Notes under the pieces: generated by a model
What the model saw: the letters and a program-made list of their open reading frames with translations, nothing else
What the model was told of the DNA's origin: nothing
The model's database searches: none
NCBI GenBank assembly: GCA_963776895.1
Contig: CAVZOL010000009.1
Location: forward strand, 146,030 to 210,029
DNA: 64,000 bases
Source: Ignavibacteriota bacterium
GTDB taxonomy: Bacteria; Bacteroidota; Ignavibacteria; Palsa-1295
Direction: 5' to 3'
Part shown: positions 57,274 through 64,000 of the stretch, in pieces
Layout of the letters: each line of letters opens with the position of its first letter
Position numbering within the stretch: the stretch's first letter is position 1
Program-made: the position numbers and the translations under genes

Positions 57274-58032
57274 TTAAATAGGGACTGCCGTTCTCATGGA
57301 AACAGCGTTTTTGTGATTGGTAGAGTTTTTAGGAGCTTTTTCCTGAAACCATCCGCGTAGCGATTCGAAAATTTTGAGTCCGTCCGCACTGCCGAGCATG
57401 GCTTCGCATGCGCGTTCGGGGTGCGGCATAAGGCCCATCACGTTCTGCTCTTTATTGATGATCCCTGCGATATTATTGATGGAACCATTCGGATTGGATT
57501 CGCGCGTGGGATTTCCCTGCGCATCCACATAGCGAAACACCACTTGGTTATTCCGTTCCAGCTCGGCGATGACTTCATCGTCCGCAATGTAATTCCCTTC
57601 ACCGTGCGCGATGGGAATTTTTAGAATTGATCCTTCGGAAATGTTCCGGGTAAATCTCGTTTGTTGCTCGACTCGAAGATGAACTTCTTTGCACGCGAAC
57701 CGGAGTCCCGCATTGCGAATAAGCACGCCGGGAAGTAATCCGCTTTCGCAAAGCACTTGAAATCCGTTACAAATGCCTAGCACCATTCCACCATTGTTGG
57801 CGTATCGGATAACATCCTTCATCACAGGCGAGAACCGCGCGATAGCGCCAGTGCGCAGGTAATCGCCGTAAGAAAACCCACCAGGCAATATTACGAGATC
57901 GACATTCTTGCCGATGGAATCTTCTTTATGCCACACGAACTCGGTATCCGATTCGCCGAGCACATTCTTCACGGCATGCATAGCATCGTGATCGCAGTTC
58001 GATCCGGGAAAAACAACGATGCGAGTTCTCAT
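57274..58032 (-). CDS. purQ: Phosphoribosylformylglycinamidine synthase, glutamine amidotransferase subunit
   Basis: Has [18 protein letters not shown] (catalytic Cys) and MPHPER. Confidence 0.9.
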   Translation of the reverse strand: MRTRIVVFPGSNCDHDAMHAVKNVLGESDTEFVWHKEDSIGKNVDLVILPGGFSYGDYLRTGAIARFSPVMKDVIRYANNGGMVLGICNGFQVLCESGLLPGVLIRNAGLRFACKEVHLRVEQQTRFTRNISEGSILKIPIAHGEGNYIADDEVIAELERNNQVVFRYVDAQGNPTRESNPNGSINNIAGIINKEQNVMGLMPHPERACEAMLGSADGLKIFESLRGWFQEKAPKNSTNHKNAVSMRTAVPI

Positions 58033-58364
58033 GCGCTTAAAATTTTCTCTTGTAGCGCCGGCGTCCTCGCCGGTTCCCCAGCGAAGGAGACCGGCGAGGA
58101 CGCCGGCGCTACATTTCGTACTTCAATAACGGAATACGTCTCCATGATCGGATTGGCGAGCAGCTTTTCGCTGGCGCGTTCCGCGATGGCGCGTGCGGCT
58201 TCGGGCGTTGCGGCATCGACCGTCAGCCGAATATGCTTGCCGACGCGCGTATTCTCGATCTCGCGAAAACCCAGCGAGCCAAGCGCATGCTCGATGGCTT
58301 TGCCCTGCGGATCGAGGATCGCTTCCTTGCGCTCGATGGCGATATAAACGTAATACTTAACCAC
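58029..58364 (-). CDS. purS: PurS subunit with a C-terminal extension of about 29 aa that reads through a palindromic repeat
   Basis: The core [19 protein letters not shown]...VGKHIRL is canonical PurS. The tail [22 protein letters not shown] is encoded by the 58052-58112 palindrome. It overlaps purQ as ATGA. Confidence 0.8.
   Translation of the reverse strand: MVKYYVYIAIERKEAILDPQGKAIEHALGSLGFREIENTRVGKHIRLTVDAATPEAARAIAERASEKLLANPIMETYSVIEVRNVAPASSPVSFAGEPARTPALQEKILSA
58052..58112. repeat. Perfect 22-bp inverted repeat (GTAG-headed, REPIN-like) with a 17-nt loop
   Basis: GTAGCGCCGGCGTCCTCGCCGG (58052-58073) pairs with CCGGCGAGGACGCCGGCGCTAC (58091-58112). Confidence 0.9.
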
Positions 58365-58543
58365 GATTTACAGGATTTTAAGGATTAAACAAGATGGATT
58401 CACCACCATTCGCGAAAATAAAAAGTTCTCTGGATTTTTCTGAGCGTTATACAAAATTGGTTCAAGCATAAAACTTGAGAATACCTTCAAGCCGCTGAAT
58501 TCATCTTGCTTAATCTTTTCCATCCTGCGAATCGTGGTTCTGC

Positions 58544-59356
58544 TTAGATTCCGAACGTCGAATGCTCTTCGTGATCGAGCGCCTCTTCGTCGAGCAACGC
58601 GGCAGCACGGCGCTCGCGGATAAGGCGGCGTATTCGTTCATACAACGAACGAATTATCCCATAGAGCACAAAGAGAACAAAAAGCGGGAAGATCGCGCTC
58701 CCGCGTGTTACAACCACGAGAACGATGCCGATAAAATAGATCCCAAATTTATAGGGATGCGCCAGAATATTTCGCTTCGATGGCTTCGGCACCACATCGT
58801 ATTTTACGGTGCTGACCATCAGCAGCGCCGCCCCGATCGTCACGATCCACATCCACGGATCGTCGAGCCGTGCGCTGACGGGAAGCGCGAGATGGTGGAA
58901 CATGACATAAGAAATGGTGAGAATGGCTGCGGAAGGGATGGGCAATCCGCGAAAATAGTCCTTATCAAAACCGACAAGCTGGACATTAAAACGCGCAAGC
59001 CGTATAGCTCCGCAAATGGCCGGAAGCGCTGCGAACAAAAGTCCGGTGCCCGGGAATTGATAGAAAAATGCCTTAAAAAGGATCGCGCTTGGCGCTACGC
59101 CAAACGTTACGACATCCGCAAGCGAATCCAGTTCGACTCCAAACTCGCTGGAAGTATGCGTAAGCCGCGCGAGCACGCCATCGAGCATATCGAATATCCC
59201 TCCGATGACGATATACCACCCAGCCAGCACGAAATCTTTATCGTCGCCATTCTTACCATCGAGCGCAGTAACGATGGCTGCAAACCCCGAAAAGAGGTTC
59301 ATCATCGTAAACAGGCTCGGAATGATCGAGCGGACGCGAGGGCGACGGTTACTCAA
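58544..59356 (-). CDS. pssA: CDP-diacylglycerol--serine O-phosphatidyltransferase
   Basis: The CDP-alcohol phosphatidyltransferase motif is DMLDGVLARLTHTSSEFGVELDSLADVV. It has multiple TM segments. Confidence 0.85.
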   Translation of the reverse strand: MSNRRPRVRSIIPSLFTMMNLFSGFAAIVTALDGKNGDDKDFVLAGWYIVIGGIFDMLDGVLARLTHTSSEFGVELDSLADVVTFGVAPSAILFKAFFYQFPGTGLLFAALPAICGAIRLARFNVQLVGFDKDYFRGLPIPSAAILTISYVMFHHLALPVSARLDDPWMWIVTIGAALLMVSTVKYDVVPKPSKRNILAHPYKFGIYFIGIVLVVVTRGSAIFPLFVLFVLYGIIRSLYERIRRLIRERRAAALLDEEALDHEEHSTFGI

Positions 59357-59377
59357 GATGCTGTATGATGAATAGTG

Positions 59378-61293
59378 TTACCGGAAATCTTTTACAACGA
59401 GCTGTGGCGTTATGCGGCCATTATATTCATTCTCTTCGAGCGAGAAAACGAGTTCGAGGTCTTTTCGGCCTTTCTTGTCCGCAGTCTGGAGTTCGGCAAT
59501 GCGCTCACCAAGCCCGAAGCCAATGGCCTCAATAGCTGCGCCACCCAGCGTAAACGGCGTAACATTTGGAGCCAAAGGCTCCTCCGCTCGCCGGGCGATC
59601 GTAGCAGAACGTACCTGGAATTTCAGATGCGGGGTTGTTTTGCCGACGGTTCTGGGAACCCCGACCACTTCCACATCTTTTGCATGAAAGACGGGCCGCA
59701 TATTGTCCGGCCCATAGGGCTGGAATTGCCGCGTGATCGCAAAGAATTTTGGATTCAGTTCATTTAAGCTGATAGAGGCATCGATTAGGATTTCGGGTTC
59801 CAGCATGGCGTCCGTGATCATTTCGCTGGCTACTTGATTGATGGCCGTGCGAAACTCCGGCACGCGGTCAACGGCGATGGAAAGTCCGGCTGCATATTTA
59901 TGTCCACCGAAGTTCATAACCGTGCTTTCGCATCGTTTGATCGCAGAATGAATATCGAACCCGATGATCGAGCGCGCGCTGCCTTTCGCAACGCCATCGA
60001 TCGTTGTTAGCAATACGACGGGCAGATGATAGCGATCTACCAAACGCGAAGCAACAATGCCGATAACGCCCGCATGCCAGCCGGGATTATGCAACACGAT
60101 AATCCTGTCGCGCGGCGATTCGTCACCATCGGCACGATGGATCAAACCATCGACAAAACCGCATGCCTCGAAAAAAGCATCTTCATCGATGCGGCGCCGG
60201 CTCGAATTTGCAAATTCGAGTTCGGCGGCATAGTGCTGTGCCTCGTCATCCGTTTTTGCCATCAGGAGTTTCACGGCACGGCCGCCATCCCCTATCCTTC
60301 CAGCCGCATTGATACGCGGCGCAAGCCCAAAAACGACCTGACTCGTTCCGATCTTCCCCACGGTCTGTTGCGCGGCCCGAATCAGCGCTTTATTCCCGGT
60401 CGCGGCTGCTCGTTGATACGCTTTAATCCGAAGGAAGTAAGGATTCTGTTCTCACCCTGCAAGGAAACGATGTCTGCCGAGCTGGCAAGCGCGACAAAAT
60501 CGAGAAAATCATACGCGCGGTCTCCCAAATTGACCTGCTTCGCAAGCGCCTGAATAAGCTTGAATCCAACGCCGCAACCGCACAAGAATTTGAAGGGATA
60601 ATTACAGGAACCTTTGATCGGATTGAGAATGGCATACGCATCCGGCAGTACAGGTGTACCATCCAGGCGCATTGGTTCGTGATGATCGCAGATAATAATA
60701 TCCGCGCCACGCGAACGGGCATACGCAACTGCATCGACGGAAGTAATACCACAATCGATCGTGAGGATTAGGGTTGGCGGTCCCTCGGTCACGGCAAACA
60801 ATCGGTCGAACCCTGCGATGGAAAGTCCGTAGCCTTCGGTGAAGCGATCTGGGGTATGACACGCAACTTGTACCCCCATCGATTCAAAAAAAAGCGCGAG
60901 CATTGCAGTGCTCGTGGTGCCATCGACGTCGTAATCGCCGTAAATAGTGATGCGCTCACCGCTCTCGATAGCGCGCTGAATACGTTCGACTGCGCGGGCC
61001 ATATCGTCCATTAAAAAAGGATCGTGCAGCCGATCGAGCGATGGGCGGAAAAAATCCCTTGCTTCTTCGAATGTCCGCACGCCACGGGCTACAAGAATGC
61101 CCGCAATGCTTTCCGGCACATTAATTGCGCGAACAAGCTCTTGCACTGCGGATGATCGATCATCCACAGCAAGCTGCTCATCCACAGGAGCTGTAGGAGC
61201 AGGGTCTGGAAGCCGCCAGCGATATCGCACGAGATGGTATTTTTTTAATGAGAGCACGTTAAAGCATGGGGCTTTTACGGCTCCGATATGCAT
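59378..61293 (-). pseudogene. recJ: Single-stranded-DNA exonuclease RecJ, split by one frameshift
   Basis: 60382-61293 carries DHH motifs (GDYDVDGTTS, IICDHHEP). 59378-60361 carries PRINAAGR and GGHKYAAG (DHHA1). The indel is near 60385-60395. Confidence 0.85.
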
Positions 61294-61350
61294 GTCCGAT
61301 TTGTTAACGTAGCATTAAACCGGAATCGTGTAAGAAGAATTACGGGTTAT

Positions 61351-61451
61351 CAATTAAGAGTTAAGAAGTAAGAATTAAGAATTTAGGAAATTGTGGTAAA
61401 GATTGAGAGGTCATCCCCCATTCTTAATTCTTACTTCTTAATTCTTAATTG
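61351..61451. repeat. 32-nt inverted repeat (1 mismatch) around a 37-nt loop in the recJ/pgpH divergent intergenic region
   Basis: CAATTAAGAGTTAAGAAGTAAGAATTAAGAAT (61351-61382) pairs with ATTCTTAATTCTTACTTCTTAATTCTTAATTG (61420-61451). Confidence 0.9.
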
Positions 61452-61492
61452 ACAAGGACACCTTTTGCCCTCGGTAGTTAGTTGAAAGCCGC

Positions 61493-63807
61493 ATGAAGGA
61501 CGAACGATCCCAGGCCACGTTCCGCACACGCGCTATCCAATCGCTCCGGGAAGTGCTTGCGCGCCCGAAATGGCGGCGCTCCAAACCGATCCGATGGACG
61601 ATCGGAGTTGCGCTTACGCTTGCGATCGCCGCGCTGTTCCCGAGCGCGCACACCATTGCATTGTCGGGATATTCTGCCGGCTCGTTGTGGACAAATGCAG
61701 ACGTGACCGCGCCATTCACATTTCCAGTCTATAAAGATGGCATTCGATACGGTCAGGATGTCCGCAAGGCGCTTCAGGATCTTCACCCGGTGTATGTACC
61801 CGACACAAATGCCCCCACAACAAGTGTGCAAAATTTCCGCAGGAATTGGGATCATCTGATGGCTCTGCTTGCGCTTGCGCGGGCAGATTCTCTCGGCGGA
61901 GTCTCGCTGCTCGATTCTGCAAAAGCGCTTGGACTCTCAAATGACGATTGGACTATTCTCGCTTCTACCGTTCAATCCCAGAACGAAAAACAATTCGAAC
62001 GCAACGAACGCGATTGGGCCGATGTAGAGTCCTTCATCGTCCGGCAAATTGGCGATGTAGAATCTATGCGGTTTATCACCGCAGGCAAGCAGGAAGAAAC
62101 GTCGAGCGATTCAAAATTCTTCGCACTCCGCACCCGGCCGAACGAGGAATCGCTGATCGCCCGCGATTCCCTGCTCACCGTTCAGGGCGTTGCGAATCGA
62201 ATTTACGATAAACTCGAAATACGAATAAAACGAGGCTCCCCCGTATTACATCCGCTCTCGGTACTGGTATTACAATCGCTGGTTCCGACGGTTGCCTTCA
62301 ATCCGGCACTTACGGAGGAAAGCCGACAGTCCATTGTGGACCGCGTTCCCACGACCGAGGGCTTGGTGATCGAAGGACAAAAGATCGTGGAAAAAGGCGA
62401 AGTCCTTACGCCGCAGATCGTTGCATCGCTCGAAAGCCTTTCGAAAGCGCGGCTGGAACGAGGCGGAAGAGTCGCGGAACTATGGCGTATCGTCGGCACG
62501 ATCGGGCTTGCAGGAGTGATCGTGCTTTTGATGGTGCTATACCTCAAATTCATCCGAAGAAAAATATACAACGATAACGCGCAGATACTGCTGCATAGCA
62601 CTGATCCTGTTATTTCCGGCGGTGATGGGATATTTTTCGGTATCGCTCCCAATCGATTTCCCGCTTCAATATTTTATTCTCATTCCCGTCGCCTCGATGC
62701 TGCTAACCATCTTATTCGATAACCGAACGGGGTTCGTTGGCACGGTGGTAGCCGCATTCATCGTTGCCGGCATTCGACGGGAATGATTATTCGGTTGGCT
62801 TGCCAGGGCTTGCCGCCGGCTCGTTCGCGGTCTATACCGTGCGCGATCTGAGGAATCGCGGTCAGCTTTTTACCAGCATCGGCTATATTTTTATTGGATA
62901 TTTCGTTTCCATTACGGCACTTGCCTTAGAGCAGGGAACTCCGCCCGGCGAAACGGGATTGGAACTGATCGCTGCGCTGGGTAATGCGCTCGTTTCGCCG
63001 GTTGTAACGCTGGGGTTGTTGTATGTGATCGAGATGCTCTTCGACACCGCAAGCGATCTGCGGCTAACGGAATTCGATAACGTCAATCAACCCCTGCTTC
63101 GGGAGCTGGCGCTTCGCGCGCCGGGAACGTATCAGCACACCATGATGGTCGCACAGCTTGCCGAGCACGCGGCTCTCGCTATCGGCGCGAATGCCCTGCT
63201 CGCAAAGCTCGGCGCCTATTATCATGACATTGGGAAGCTGAACGATCCTCCAACGTTCGTCGAGAACCAAACGGGCGAGAGTGGGAATATTCACGAAACG
63301 CTCACCGCCCGCGAAAGCGCGCTGCGCGTAAAGAACCATGTGGCACAGGGCGTTGCGCTCGCTCGCGCAGAGGGACTGCCGCAGCGTATCATTGATTTCA
63401 TTCCCATGCATCACGGTACGCTGCCCATCTCCTTCTTTTATCTTCGGGCTGTCACGGAAGGCTTGGGCGATGGTATTGTGAATGAAAATGAATTTCGTTA
63501 TACCGGACCGATCCCTAATTCGAAAGAGACCGTCATCGTGATGCTGGCTGATGCATCCGAAGCCATTGCGCGAACGCTTGCAAGGAAGGGTGAGGAAATG
63601 TCGTTCGAAACAATCGATTCCGCTGTTGAGCAGCTTATTCGCACTCGTTTCGAGCAAGGACAATTCGATCAATCCGATATCACGATGAGGGATTTTACGA
63701 TGATCCGCGCCGTGTTTGCACGTCATTTAACGGGGCTACACCATCCACGCATCCCCTATCCTTCGGCTGTACCTGCGGATACAAAAACCACGCTTTCGAC
63801 CACGTAA
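61493..63807 (+). pseudogene. 7TM-HD (PgpH-like) membrane phosphohydrolase, interrupted by at least 2 frameshifts
   Basis: 61493-62722 is the extracellular domain plus first TMs. A third frame encodes LILLFPAVMGYFSVSLPIDFPLQYFILIPVASMLLTILFDNRTGFVG. 62764-63807 has the TMs and the HD domain (YYHDIGK, PMHHGT). Confidence 0.8.
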
Positions 63808-63814
63808 AAAACAG

Positions 63815-64000
63815 TTGCCCGCCACTAGCCGCTCCAAACGATCGAAGCGCAACGTTGCCAGCTTAGGCAGCGAGGCTGAAGATATTTCTATTCAGCGAAC
63901 TACCAGGAATCCCATCGCGCTGTATTTGAATTATCTCAGGATCGAGCGCGGGCTTTCACCCAATTCGCTCGAAGCATACCAGCGCGATATTCAAAAATTG
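63815..64000 (+). CDS. xerD: Tyrosine recombinase XerD/XerC-like, N-terminal part. The gene runs off the window.
   Basis: My own translation gives ...IALYLNYLRIERGLSPNSLEAYQRDIQKL, the core-binding domain signature. The start is uncertain (TTG at 63815). Confidence 0.6.
   Translation, partial: MPATSRSKRSKRNVASLGSEAEDISIQRTTRNPIALYLNYLRIERGLSPNSLEAYQRDIQKL

Noticed and set aside
58365-58543. A possible purine or ZTP riboswitch upstream of purS
   Set aside because: The conserved ZTP (pfl) or purine-riboswitch core sequences are not recognisable on the minus strand.
58562-59368. A 268-aa plus-strand ORF
   Set aside because: It is antisense to pssA, which carries the complete CDP-alcohol phosphatidyltransferase motif and TM pattern. 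The antisense product is Arg/Lys-rich nonsense.
63815-64000. The XerD-like recombinase as the integrase of the cassette array
   Set aside because: It lies 37 kb away, is separated by housekeeping genes, and has an N-terminus typical of chromosomal XerC/D. There is no evidence linking it to the repeats.

Overview
This is a 64 kb chromosomal window of about 50% GC. It probably comes from an FCB-group bacterium (Bacteroidota, Ignavibacteriota or Chlorobiota-like). That inference rests on three proteins with T9SS-type C-terminal sorting domains, DUF1573, DUF3078 and DUF3667-type proteins, and a 47-bp type II-C CRISPR repeat.

Housekeeping genes present are hemW, lepB, lepA, mscL, mrdA, nadD, purS, purQ, pssA, recJ, pgpH-like, dinB, three tatA/B paralogues and xerD. 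They are interleaved with two accessory islands.

Island 1 (about 12.1-27.5 kb) contains:
- a heptanucleotide microsatellite;
- a divergently encoded predicted tracrRNA;
- a type II-C cas9-cas1-cas2 operon;
- a 27-repeat/26-spacer CRISPR array that appears to be transcribed antisense to the cas genes;
- three unknown genes, one carrying a C-terminal HEPN Rx4H motif;
- a roughly 4.5 kb run of small gene cassettes (SDR plus F420-reductase-like, HigB-like, HicAB, a decayed P-loop toxin, YdeI-like). The cassettes are separated by five copies of a GC-rich 130-180 bp repeat with a roughly 55-nt conserved core and GTTRRRY-like boxes just before cassette ORFs. I read this as an integron-like, integrase-less cassette array (CALIN-like), or a new kind of recombination-site array.

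Island 2 (about 34.7-41.8 kb) carries an AbrB-PIN-zeta-like toxin cluster, a radical-SAM gene, a Dcm-type methyltransferase with a restriction endonuclease, dinB and orphan ORFs.

Further on are a TetR-EmrAB-TolC efflux operon, a frameshifted PIN toxin-antitoxin pair, a TIR-TM-TPR protein, and a TolB/OmpA-like protein with long (Gly-Asn)n and 60-nt tandem repeats. Several families of GTAG-headed and compound palindromic repeats are also present.

Two points stand out in cas9. The RuvC-I catalytic Asp codon reads Asn (LGLNIGTTSIGW), and the gene is split by one frameshift.

Caveat: at least 10 genes in the window are interrupted by frameshifts while keeping intact catalytic motifs. Assembly indel errors therefore cannot be separated from real pseudogenisation using sequence alone.
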